From a bacterium (GTDB lineage: Bacteria; RBG-13-61-14; DATKZS01): 64,000 nt of DNA. The notes below the pieces were generated by a model that made no database searches, had not been told where the DNA came from, and saw only the letters and a list, made by a program, of their open reading frames with translations. Below are positions 19,723-28,117 of the stretch, piece by piece. Each line of letters starts with the position of its first letter. Position 1 is the first letter of the stretch. A program made the position numbers and the translations under genes. The DNA is taken from the NCBI GenBank assembly GCA_963674965.2, contig CAXXFL010000005.1:320001-384000 (forward strand), given 5' to 3'.

Positions 19723-19746
19723 GACACGCTCCTTTCCGCCGTCCGG

Positions 19747-21600
19747 CTACTCCACGATCACGGCGTCGAACTTGCACTTCTGGAGGCAAGTCCCGCACTT
19801 CACGCACAGTTCCTGATCGATTAAGTGGGGCTTTTTCTTCTCGCCCGATATGGCCCCCACCGGGCAGGCCTGGGCGCAGGCGCGGCACCCGGTGCATTTT
19901 TCCTCGTCCACCTTGAACGTGATCAGGGCCTTACAGACCTTGGCCGGACAGGTCTTGTCCCTTATATGGGCGTCGTACTCGTTCCTGAAGTACCTTATGG
20001 TGCTGAGCACGGGATTGGGCGCGGTCTGGCCCAGGCCGCAAAGGGAGGAATCCTTGATGATCGAGGCCAGGTCCTTTAGAAGCTCGACGTCCCCCTCCCG
20101 GCCCTCGCCGTCCCGAATCCTCTCGAGTATCTGCAGCATCCTTCTCGTGCCCACCCGGCAGGGAGTGCACTTGCCGCACGACTCGTCCTGACAGAAGTCC
20201 ATGAAGTAGCGAGCCATGTCCACCATGCAGGCGTCCTCATCCATCACGATGAGGCCGCCGCTGCCCATGATCGCCCCCGCCTTGGTGATCTCCTCGTAGT
20301 CGATGGGAATGTCCATCACCTCGGCCGGGATGCAGCCCCCGGAGGGACCTCCCAGTTGGGCCGCCTTCAGCTTCTTGCCCTCGGGTATGCCCCCGCAAAG
20401 CTCGAATATCACCTTGCCCAGGCGGGTACCCATCTCGACCTCGACCAGGCCCACGTTGTTCACGTTGCCGGTGACGGCGAAGACCTTGGTCCCCTTCGAT
20501 CCCTCGGTCCCGATCTCTCCGCAGACCTCTCCTCCCTCCCTGATGATGAGGGGCACGTTGGCGTAGGTCTCGACGTTGTTCAATATGGTCGGCTTTTTCC
20601 ACAGCCCGCTTACCGCCGGGAAGGGGGGCCTGGGCCTCGGGTTCCCCCGCCGTCCCTCGATGGAGGCCATGAGGGCCGTCTCCTCGCCGCACACGAAGGC
20701 CCCGGCCCCCATGTAGACCTCGACGTCGAAATCGAAGCCCGAGCCCAGTATGTCCTTGCCCAGGAGCCCGTAGTCCTTGGCCCGCTCGATGGCCAGGTTG
20801 AGCCTCTTCACCGCCAGGGGATACTCGGCCCGGCAATAGATGTAACCCTGGTGGGAGTCGATGGCCCTGGCCGCCACGATCATGCCCTCCAGCACGGCGT
20901 GGGGCGTGGCCTCCATCACGGCCCGGTCCATGAACGCCCCCGGGTCTCCCTCGTCGGCGTTGCAAAGAACGTACTTCTCGTCGCCCTTCGAGTTGGCGCA
21001 GAACTCCCACTTGAGCCCGGTGGGAAAACCTCCGCCCCCCCGGCCCCGCAGGCCGGACTCCTTGATCTCCGCGATGATCCGGGCCGGCTTCATCTCGATA
21101 AGGGCCTTGGCCGCCGCAGCGTAGCCGTCCCACCAGATGTACTCGTCCACGCTCTCCGGGTCTATCTTGCCCATGGCCCGCATCACCCGCTGATGCTGGA
21201 GAGTAAAATAGGGTATCTCGCTTATAGTCCTGAAAATCTCGCCGCTCCTCGGGTCCTTGTGCATGCAGCGCTCGACCGGCCGGTCCTTGCCGAAATGGGA
21301 CTCGACTATCTCCTCCACGTCCTTATCCTCGAGACGCTGATAGAAGACGCCCTCGGGAAAGACCGTCATGAGTGGACCCACCGAGCAAAAGCCGTTACAA
21401 CCGGTCAAAACGATCTCGACCTTGCCGTTCAGCCCCGCCTTCTCGACCGCGTTTTTCAGGGCGTCCTTTATTGGAAGACTCCCCGAGGCCCGGCATCCCG
21501 TGTCGCCGCAAACCAGGGCCCGGTACTTGAACTTCTCTTTTTCCTTGGCCACTCGCTCCCTTATTTTTTCCAAGTCCGCCAATTTAAGTTTCTTGCCCAT
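19747..21600 (-). CDS. hydB: NADH/FMN-binding hydrogenase subunit HydB (NuoF-like)
   Basis: N-terminal thioredoxin-like 2Fe-2S; GLRGRGGGGFPTG, NADEGDPGAFMDR, GAFVCGEETAL, GGPSGG, ESCGKCTPCRVG; C-terminal 2x4Fe-4S; start MGKKL at 21600. Confidence 0.93.
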   Translation of the reverse strand: MGKKLKLADLEKIRERVAKEKEKFKYRALVCGDTGCRASGSLPIKDALKNAVEKAGLNGKVEIVLTGCNGFCSVGPLMTVFPEGVFYQRLEDKDVEEIVESHFGKDRPVERCMHKDPRSGEIFRTISEIPYFTLQHQRVMRAMGKIDPESVDEYIWWDGYAAAAKALIEMKPARIIAEIKESGLRGRGGGGFPTGLKWEFCANSKGDEKYVLCNADEGDPGAFMDRAVMEATPHAVLEGMIVAARAIDSHQGYIYCRAEYPLAVKRLNLAIERAKDYGLLGKDILGSGFDFDVEVYMGAGAFVCGEETALMASIEGRRGNPRPRPPFPAVSGLWKKPTILNNVETYANVPLIIREGGEVCGEIGTEGSKGTKVFAVTGNVNNVGLVEVEMGTRLGKVIFELCGGIPEGKKLKAAQLGGPSGGCIPAEVMDIPIDYEEITKAGAIMGSGGLIVMDEDACMVDMARYFMDFCQDESCGKCTPCRVGTRRMLQILERIRDGEGREGDVELLKDLASIIKDSSLCGLGQTAPNPVLSTIRYFRNEYDAHIRDKTCPAKVCKALITFKVDEEKCTGCRACAQACPVGAISGEKKKPHLIDQELCVKCGTCLQKCKFDAVIVE

Positions 21601-21625
21601 GATCACCCTCCTTTCCGGGCGGCCC

Positions 21626-22123
21626 TTACTCGTAAGCCTTGATGATCTTGGACAGACGCGACGCCTTGAGTTCCTTATGCACGTCCTCATCCACGATCAT
21701 CACCGGGGCAAGGGCGCAGCATCCCAGGCAGCGGACAGCTTCCAAGCCGAATTTTCCGTCCTCAGTGCACTCCCCCACCTTGCATTTAAGCTCCCGCTCG
21801 AGTTGATCGACCACCTTTTGCGCTCCCTTCACGTGGCAGGCCGTTCCAAGGCAAACCCTTATCTGGTGCTTGCCGCGGGGAGTCATGGTAAAGAAGGAAT
21901 AAAAGGTGACCACCCCATAGACTTGAGCCAGCGGGATATCCAGTCCCCTGGCCACACGGCGCTGGATGGACTCGGGCAGGTACCCCACGACCCCCTGGAC
22001 TTTCTCGAGCACCGGTATGAGGGCCCCGGGTTTTCCCCTGTATTCCTTAATTATTTCGTCGGCTTTTTCCAGATCGTCAGGAGAGAACTCCTCTTCCCGA
22101 GCCAAATGACAACCCATCTCCAT
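21626..22123 (-). CDS. hydC: 2Fe-2S hydrogenase subunit HydC (NuoE-like)
   Basis: YGVVTFYSFF, VCLGTACHVKG, RCLGCCALAP; GGAGG RBS before MEMGC. Confidence 0.92.
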   Translation of the reverse strand: MEMGCHLAREEEFSPDDLEKADEIIKEYRGKPGALIPVLEKVQGVVGYLPESIQRRVARGLDIPLAQVYGVVTFYSFFTMTPRGKHQIRVCLGTACHVKGAQKVVDQLERELKCKVGECTEDGKFGLEAVRCLGCCALAPVMIVDEDVHKELKASRLSKIIKAYE

Positions 22124-22240
22124 GACTTTCACACCTCCTTCCCCGGAGGGATTTATCCCTCTTATAACGCCCGGGTTAAATCCCATGAGGCCGTTTTATC
22201 GGCCGCAAAGCACGCCCCTTATTTACTCGCCAGATTAAAA

Positions 22241-22257
22241 GGCAATTCCCGTGCCCG
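22241..22257 (-). promoter_or_regulatory. sigma-54 (-24/-12) promoter for the hydCBA operon
   Basis: Minus strand cGGGCACGGGAATTGCC matches TGGCACG-N4-TTGC with exact GG-N10-GC spacing, ~120 bp upstream of hydC; AT-rich IHF-like tract upstream. Confidence 0.7.
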
Positions 22258-22567
22258 GTAAAAATTAATTTAAGACATGCCTAAGTATTGATTATAAATG
22301 GTGATACAAAGATGATTAGCGTCCTTGACGCCGGTTTTCTTTACAATATGAATATATGCTTTACACGCTGGACCGCGCCACGGACAATTCATCCGGCGGG
22401 AATGATGAATAACAAGGGCTTAATAAAAAAATCACCAATTTTTCGCGTCCTTTTGGCCTGGCCTTTCCCGTGGTTCTCCTAACGGAAAAACGGACTTCCG
22501 GCCATGGATGGGGCTCGGGTCGTCTTGGAATTTCCATTGGCCGCTTCTATCTTGCATGGGCGGCGGG

Positions 22568-22597
22568 TTGAATGTTTCGAGAACATGTGGTTATAAT
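22568..22597 (+). promoter_or_regulatory. sigma70 promoter for the rpmH operon
   Basis: TTGAAT-N18-TATAAT about 45 bp before rpmH. Confidence 0.55.
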
Positions 22598-22643
22598 ATT
22601 AGTTTACTGAAATAGACACTACGCTTTAAAAAGGAATATCGAG

Positions 22644-22799
22644 ATGAAGAGAACATATCAGCCACACAACGGAAGGCGTCTTAGAACGCACGGGTTTCGT
22701 GCCAGGATGGCCACCAAGGGAGGCCGGCTGGTCTTGAAGAGCAGACGCAACAAGGGAAGAAAGCGGCTGGCGGTATCCGTTCCCAGCGCCAGAAAGTAA
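22644..22799 (+). CDS. rpmH: 50S ribosomal protein L34
   Basis: Not in the ORF track; translated by hand as [51 protein letters not shown]. Confidence 0.97.
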   Translation: MKRTYQPHNGRRLRTHGFRARMATKGGRLVLKSRRNKGRKRLAVSVPSARK

Positions 22800-22802
22800 G
22801 CC

Positions 22803-23237
22803 ATGCCCCGCTACGGTCTCCACCGCCGCGAGCGCGTGCTGAAGACCTGGGAATACAAATCGATCCGGAGTCGGGGCCGTAGAAAGTCGTCCCGTTATTT
22901 CACGCTCAATTACCTGGCCAAGGACTCCGGAGGTCTAAGGCTGGGCCTTATAGTTAGCCGGAAGGTCGGAAAGGCCCACGACAGGAACCGGATTAAAAGA
23001 ACGATTCGAGAGTTTTTTCGGCTCAATAAGGACTGGATACGGGAGACGGTGGGAAAGTCGGACGAGCCGATGGACAAATGGGGACTGGACCTGGCCTTCA
23101 TGGCCAAACCCGGGGCCGCCGCTCTCGATTATAAAGGGGCCCGAGAAGAACTTTTTTATCTGGTGAAGAAATTGCCGGGGTCCATTACCTGGCCCGAGGC
23201 GGATAAAATCGAGGATTCCGAGACGCCCGAGGCTTAG
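22803..23237 (+). CDS. rnpA: Ribonuclease P protein component
   Basis: [28 protein letters not shown]; synteny. Confidence 0.95.
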   Translation: MPRYGLHRRERVLKTWEYKSIRSRGRRKSSRYFTLNYLAKDSGGLRLGLIVSRKVGKAHDRNRIKRTIREFFRLNKDWIRETVGKSDEPMDKWGLDLAFMAKPGAAALDYKGAREELFYLVKKLPGSITWPEADKIEDSETPEA

Positions 23238-23257
23238 TCTCGGCGGGGAGTATTGAA

Positions 23258-23470
23258 TTGGCGTCCAAGGCGGCGATACTGCTATTAAGGTTCTACAAGT
23301 ATTTCATATCGCCCATTTTGCCGCCGGCGTGCAGGTTTACCCCCACCTGCTCGGAATACTCCATGGAGGCATTTGCCAAGCACGGGTTTTTTAAGGGATT
23401 GTGGCTTACCGTCCGGCGGATATCCAGGTGCCATCCCTTTAACCCCGGCGGGTACGACCCGGTGCCCTAG
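23258..23470 (+). CDS. yidD: Membrane protein insertion efficiency factor YidD
   Basis: [33 protein letters not shown] start. Confidence 0.95.
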   Translation: MASKAAILLLRFYKYFISPILPPACRFTPTCSEYSMEAFAKHGFFKGLWLTVRRISRCHPFNPGGYDPVP

Positions 23471-23551
23471 CGCCGGGAAGGCCGGAAAACATGGGGAATA
23501 AACGAATTAACGCGGGACTTCGATCGCCCGCTTTCGGATCGCGGCGGTAAT

Positions 23552-25303
23552 ATGGAAGAAAAAAACTTTATCTTTTTTATCATCATCTCGGTGGGTATAT
23601 TCCTGCTTTGGTCCATGTTCCTGGCTCCCAAGCCCAAGAAAAGGACCCCCCAAGAGGGAGTGACGGCGGGCGACACCCTTTCCCGCGAAGCCGCGAGGGC
23701 CGCGGACAAGGCCGGAAAAACGACGGCGCCCGACTCCACCGATACGTCCTTGACCCCGATAGTCCCGGCCGACGACGCCGGCGAGGAGCCGGTCCTTACC
23801 GCCTTCAACGCGGGACCGACCGTGCACGTGGTAACCGACGTTTACGACGTCGAGTTCGCGGGAAGGGGAGGCGCGCCCACCCACTGGAAACTGATCAAAT
23901 ACCCGAAGGAAAAATGTTTTCCCAGGAAGGTCGAGATAGCCTGGCCGCCCCTTGTAAAGGACCCCGCCTGCGATCCCAGCCCGGTGGACCTTCTCGATCC
24001 CGATTTCGCCACCGAGAGGCAGGGCCTCATGAGCAACGTGACCGTTGACGGCGAGGTCGTAAAGATGGACCGCATGTGGACCCCCGTAAGCGACGATCTG
24101 TTCCTGGCTGACGGCGACTCGGTGGGTGAGATGGTTTTTCAGACCACCCTTGGCGATGGAAGGACCCTGAAGAAAATCTATCGCTTCGGAAAATCCCGCT
24201 ACGACGTGGACCTTATTTTCAAGGTGGAGGGCCAGGCGCCCAAGACCGCCGGCGTGGACATTTCCCTGTTTTATCGTTTCGCTCCGTACCTCAAGTCGGG
24301 AGTGCCCCGCTGGAACTTCAACGGTCCCATAGCGCATAACGGACGCGCCCTGAAGCAATTTTCTCCCAAGGACGTTATCGAGGAGGGAGACGCCGGCGTC
24401 AAGCTGGACGCGGTCGAGTGGGCCGGGGTAACGGACGATTATTTCCTTTCCGCGGTGCTGGCCTCCGAGGACTCGAAGGTCCAGGTCCTTGGCAAGTACG
24501 TGGGCAGCGAGGAGAACAGGGAGGCCAAGAAGACGGCCAAGGACATATGGGTGCTGGCCCGCGTTCGTCCCTCCGAGCAAGACCTCAAGGACGGGATAGC
24601 GGCCCGGATGAAGGTCTTCATGGGTCCCAAGGACAAGACCATTTTAAAACCGGTGCTTCCCAGCCTCGAGTTCTCCATCGACTACGGGATGCTCAAGCCC
24701 CTGGTCATGCCCCTTATCACGGCGCTGGTATACATCGACAAGCTGATCGGCAATTACGGGGCGACCATCATCGTTTTGACCGTGATCCTGAGGATGGCCA
24801 TGTTCCCCCTTACCCGCAAGGGTCAGAAATCGATGAAGCAGATGACCAAGCTCCAGCCGGAAATCCAGAAGATTCGGGAGATGTATCCCGACGACAAGAT
24901 GAAGCAAAACGAGGAGATGCAGCAACTGTGGAAGAGGAATAAAATCAATCCCGCCATGGGCTGCCTGCCCATGCTGCTTCAGATGCCGGTGTTTTTCGCC
25001 TTTTACAAGGCGCTTCTTATATCGATAGAGTTGAGGCAGGCGCCCTTCGCCCTCTGGATCATCGACCTTTCCGCCCGGGACCCCCTTTACATCTGGCCGG
25101 TGCTGATGGGCGGGACCCAGCTTATTACCCAGAAGCTGACGCCTTCTCAAATGGACCCCATGCAACAGAAGATATTTCTGGCTATGCCCATCGTTTTCAT
25201 GTACATTTTAAGGGACTTTCCCTCGGGACTCCTGGTGTATTGGACGGTGTCCAACATCGTGGGCATAGCTCAGCAGCTTTACGTCAACCGCCAACCCGAC
25301 TGA
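23552..25303 (+). CDS. yidC: Membrane protein insertase YidC
   Basis: N-terminal TM, periplasmic domain, GNYGATII, GCLPMLLQMPVFFAFY, ELRQAPF.LWI.DLS, PSGLLVYW. Confidence 0.96.
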   Translation: MEEKNFIFFIIISVGIFLLWSMFLAPKPKKRTPQEGVTAGDTLSREAARAADKAGKTTAPDSTDTSLTPIVPADDAGEEPVLTAFNAGPTVHVVTDVYDVEFAGRGGAPTHWKLIKYPKEKCFPRKVEIAWPPLVKDPACDPSPVDLLDPDFATERQGLMSNVTVDGEVVKMDRMWTPVSDDLFLADGDSVGEMVFQTTLGDGRTLKKIYRFGKSRYDVDLIFKVEGQAPKTAGVDISLFYRFAPYLKSGVPRWNFNGPIAHNGRALKQFSPKDVIEEGDAGVKLDAVEWAGVTDDYFLSAVLASEDSKVQVLGKYVGSEENREAKKTAKDIWVLARVRPSEQDLKDGIAARMKVFMGPKDKTILKPVLPSLEFSIDYGMLKPLVMPLITALVYIDKLIGNYGATIIVLTVILRMAMFPLTRKGQKSMKQMTKLQPEIQKIREMYPDDKMKQNEEMQQLWKRNKINPAMGCLPMLLQMPVFFAFYKALLISIELRQAPFALWIIDLSARDPLYIWPVLMGGTQLITQKLTPSQMDPMQQKIFLAMPIVFMYILRDFPSGLLVYWTVSNIVGIAQQLYVNRQPD

Positions 25304-25319
25304 TCGAAAGAGGAACGAC

Positions 25320-25907
25320 ATGGCAGAGGATGAAATAAAAACCGAAGATAATTTCGAGGACCCGGAAGATGATGAGGACGCCGAGGACGAGGAGTTCGAG
25401 GGTTCCGGCGCCGATTCCGCGGACGAGCGCGAGGAGGTCTCGCTCGAGGACGTGGCTCAGTTCGCCTCCGAGGTTACGGCCCGGCTTTTGAGCTACTTCC
25501 CCAGGATCGAGGAGCCGAGAATCTCCTGGCGCGTGGACGAGGGCTCGGTCTGGGTCGAGGTGGAGGGAGACCCCACTGGCCGGCTCATCGGGAGGAAGGG
25601 ACAGACCATCGACGCCTTCGAGCACGTCATCTCCAAGATGGTCAGCCACAAGTTCAGGAGAAGGGTGAACGTCAACGTCGACGCCGAGGGCTACAAGAAA
25701 AGAATGCGCGAGAAGCTCGTGGACCTGGCCACCAAAACGGCGGACTACGTGGCATCCACCGGCGGCGCCAGGGCCCTCGAGCCCATGTCGCCCGCGGACA
25801 GGAGAATAATCCACATCACTCTTCGGCAAAGGGAAGACGTGATCACCGCCAGCGAGGGAAGAGAGCCCAACCGGTTCGTGGTCATATGGCCCAACGACGA
25901 GGAATAA
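25320..25907 (+). CDS. jag: Jag/KhpB (EloR) KH + R3H RNA-binding protein with acidic N-terminus
   Basis: KH LIGRKGQTIDA; R3H PMSPADRRIIH; follows yidC; no Jag_N domain evident. Confidence 0.9.
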   Translation: MAEDEIKTEDNFEDPEDDEDAEDEEFEGSGADSADEREEVSLEDVAQFASEVTARLLSYFPRIEEPRISWRVDEGSVWVEVEGDPTGRLIGRKGQTIDAFEHVISKMVSHKFRRRVNVNVDAEGYKKRMREKLVDLATKTADYVASTGGARALEPMSPADRRIIHITLRQREDVITASEGREPNRFVVIWPNDEE

Positions 25908-25988
25908 TTCCCCAAGCCCGGGCCGCCAATGATAGCCCGCCCGGCGAGTCGGCCCGGACTTGCCTGAAGAAGGCGGGCAATAAAAGCG

Positions 25989-26025
25989 AAAAACCCCGGC
26001 CAAATCCGACCGGGGTTGATTTTTT
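25989..26025. terminator. Bidirectional intrinsic terminator between jag and rplC
   Basis: AAAAACCCCGG-loop-CCGGGGTT-GATTTTTT between convergent genes. Confidence 0.7.
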
Positions 26026-26036
26026 CTCTTGGACCG

Positions 26037-26705
26037 TCAGGCGGCCGCGGGCGCTTTTCTTTTCTTCTTCTTGGCGGCCCTTATTACCACCACGCCGTTC
26101 TTGTGGCCGGGCACCGCGCCAATAATAAGGATCAGTCCCTCCTCGGGCCGGACCTCGGCTATCTTGAGGTTCTGGACCGTGACCCGCTCGTTTCCCATCT
26201 GGCCCGCCATCTTCATGCCCTTGAACACCCGGCTGGGGCTGGCGCATTGTCCTATCGAGCCGCCGTGGCGCTTATACTCGTGAGCGCCGTGGGTGGCCTT
26301 GTAGCCCGAGAAGTTATGCCGCTTGATCACGCCCTGGTAGCCCTTGCCGATGCTGGTCCCGATGGCGTCCACGAAGTCGCCCGACTCGAAACCAACGTCT
26401 CCCACCGAGATGGTCTGGCCAAGGCTGTACTCGGAAAGCTCATCCGCCTCGACCCGAAACTCCCGGAGAACGCGCTTGGGCGCCGTGTTCGCCTTCTTGG
26501 CGTGGCCAAGCTCCGACTTCTTCGCCCGCTGGAGCTTCTTCTCCCCGTACCCGACCTGCACCGCGGCGTACTTGTCTTTTTCCAGCGTCTTGAGCTGGGT
26601 CACCGTCATGGGACCGGCCTCAATCACCGTCACGGGAATCAGCCGGCCGTTTTCGTCGAATATACTGGTCATACCCAGTTTTTTACCCATTATCGAGCGT
26701 AACAC
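26037..26705 (-). CDS. rplC: 50S ribosomal protein L3, outside the S10 operon
   Basis: GKKLGMT, PVTVIE, YAAVQVG, GKGYQGVIKRHNF, GSIGQ, RVFKGMKMAGQMG, GAVPG; GTG start with AAGGAG RBS. Confidence 0.96.
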   Translation of the reverse strand: MLRSIMGKKLGMTSIFDENGRLIPVTVIEAGPMTVTQLKTLEKDKYAAVQVGYGEKKLQRAKKSELGHAKKANTAPKRVLREFRVEADELSEYSLGQTISVGDVGFESGDFVDAIGTSIGKGYQGVIKRHNFSGYKATHGAHEYKRHGGSIGQCASPSRVFKGMKMAGQMGNERVTVQNLKIAEVRPEEGLILIIGAVPGHKNGVVVIRAAKKKKRKAPAAA

Positions 26706-27859
26706 TTTTCTGGCTCCTTTTTTCTATTAATGCCGATCAGGCTAAGATTATCTATTATAAGGGCTTCCCCGGAAGAGTCAAATGGGGCGACGTGCACCGG
26801 TTTTTTCGACGTTCGAGCGGCGCCGAGGCAAGCGAGGTCGATTTCGAGCGGAGAACTCACCTCCACGAGGCAAAGGGCCAGGGCCTGACGGCGGGAGTCG
26901 CCCTGCCCGCGGCCAGATGCAAGGGGGCCAGGGCTACATGATGGAGCGCGAGGTCCAGAGGTCCCGGCGGGACCGGCGCGGGCGGGACCTCTAAGATACA
27001 AAAGGAGATCGTCAGCAAGCTGCTCGGGCTCTGAGCCGAGGCCCCGGCCTTGTCCTCCCGGACAAGGGACCACCGGCAGGCCGTCCCGCCTCCACGAAAG
27101 GGGAGGCCGCCGGGACGCGCCAGCCGCCAGGGGGCCGAGCCGGGGGACCCAAAACAAAGGAGCCGGGGACTCGGCGGCGTCCGCGTCTTCTCCTTTAAGG
27201 AAAGAGTCCAAAAACTCCTGGCCGGAGTGAAGCTCGAAAACGAGGGACATGTAAAAGCGCGCCGGGTCGCCGCCGCCGTTCTCGCTCGCCGCCCGGACCG
27301 CCTCCGCCAGGCGGCCGGCCCCGAAGCGGGAAGCCATCTCGGACGCCTCGGTCTCGCTCACTCCCATCTCGAGAAGCTCCCCGATCGTCTCGTCCGGGAC
27401 CTCCTCCAGCGTGTCGCGCCTTTGGTACAATAAAGTCTCGAGCAACTCGATAAAATCATCTTCCGAATCGAGGGCGCCCTCTTCCGAATCGGCGCCGGGC
27501 GCGAGGCCGGGATCGTCCGTCCACCCGGCCATACCGGTCTCGCGATCGGTCTCGGACCCGGTCTCGAGAGGGCGGGCGCGGGCGACCATGATCCTGCCCG
27601 ACCGGAGCTCGGAGAGATTGATAAGGCCATGATCGCCAAGGACGCGGGCCACGCGCTTGAACTTCACCGTCGATAGGCCGCACCTTCTCGCCCACTCGCC
27701 CGCGGGCAGGGTCAGGATCGAGTCCACTCCCCCGGCGCTCCTCGCCAGTATCTCGAGGACCATGAAATAAAGGCCGTAGCCCTCGAGGCCCCGCTCCTCC
27801 ATCACCGCCCTCATGGCCTCGCTCCGGCCCGCCTCCGCCTCATGCTTGAACCATCTCAT
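26690..27859 (-). CDS. Protein with DUF4373/phage replication-initiator-like N-terminal domain; C-terminal part doubtful
   Basis: MRWFKH..GLEGYGLYFMVLEIL plus HTH-like WARRCGLSTVKFKRVARVL; AGGAGG RBS; the last ~100 codons are low-complexity and run over the rplC promoter. Confidence 0.55.
   Translation of the reverse strand: MRWFKHEAEAGRSEAMRAVMEERGLEGYGLYFMVLEILARSAGGVDSILTLPAGEWARRCGLSTVKFKRVARVLGDHGLINLSELRSGRIMVARARPLETGSETDRETGMAGWTDDPGLAPGADSEEGALDSEDDFIELLETLLYQRRDTLEEVPDETIGELLEMGVSETEASEMASRFGAGRLAEAVRAASENGGGDPARFYMSLVFELHSGQEFLDSFLKGEDADAAESPAPLFWVPRLGPLAAGASRRPPLSWRRDGLPVVPCPGGQGRGLGSEPEQLADDLLLYLRGPARAGPAGTSGPRAPSCSPGPLASGRGQGDSRRQALALCLVEVSSPLEIDLACLGAARTSKKPVHVAPFDSSGEALIIDNLSLIGINRKKEPEKCYAR
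26754..26781 (-). promoter_or_regulatory. sigma70 promoter dedicated to rplC
   Basis: TTGACT-N16-TATAAT about 50 bp upstream of the start. Confidence 0.7.
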
Positions 27860-28117
27860 CGTCTCCTCCTTGCAATGTCCCTCTATATATGGCGAAACGG
27901 GCGCGTTTTTGTGGACCGCTACTTGACGAAAAGCGAATAATCAAGGCCCCGGCCCGTATGCAAAACGGGATTCATCAAATATTCCAAGAGGTAAGAGCGG
28001 CGGCGAAAAAAATTGCCGCCCCCCGCCCGGCGAAATGAAATCGAGCGTGGGTTGACGGAAAAGGGGGCGTCCTCGGCGATAGCGTCTCGCATCTCATGGC
28101 AAAGAATCCGACCGGTT

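Noticed and set aside
12353-21642. Long antisense ORFs over the hydrogenase cluster (e.g. 12353-14044, 13813-15690, 18100-19824)
   Set aside because: Shadow ORFs from high GC3 opposite well-supported genes; no motifs
22300-22640. oriC next to rpmH
   Set aside because: No dnaA and no cluster of TTATCCACA-like boxes; best match has two mismatches
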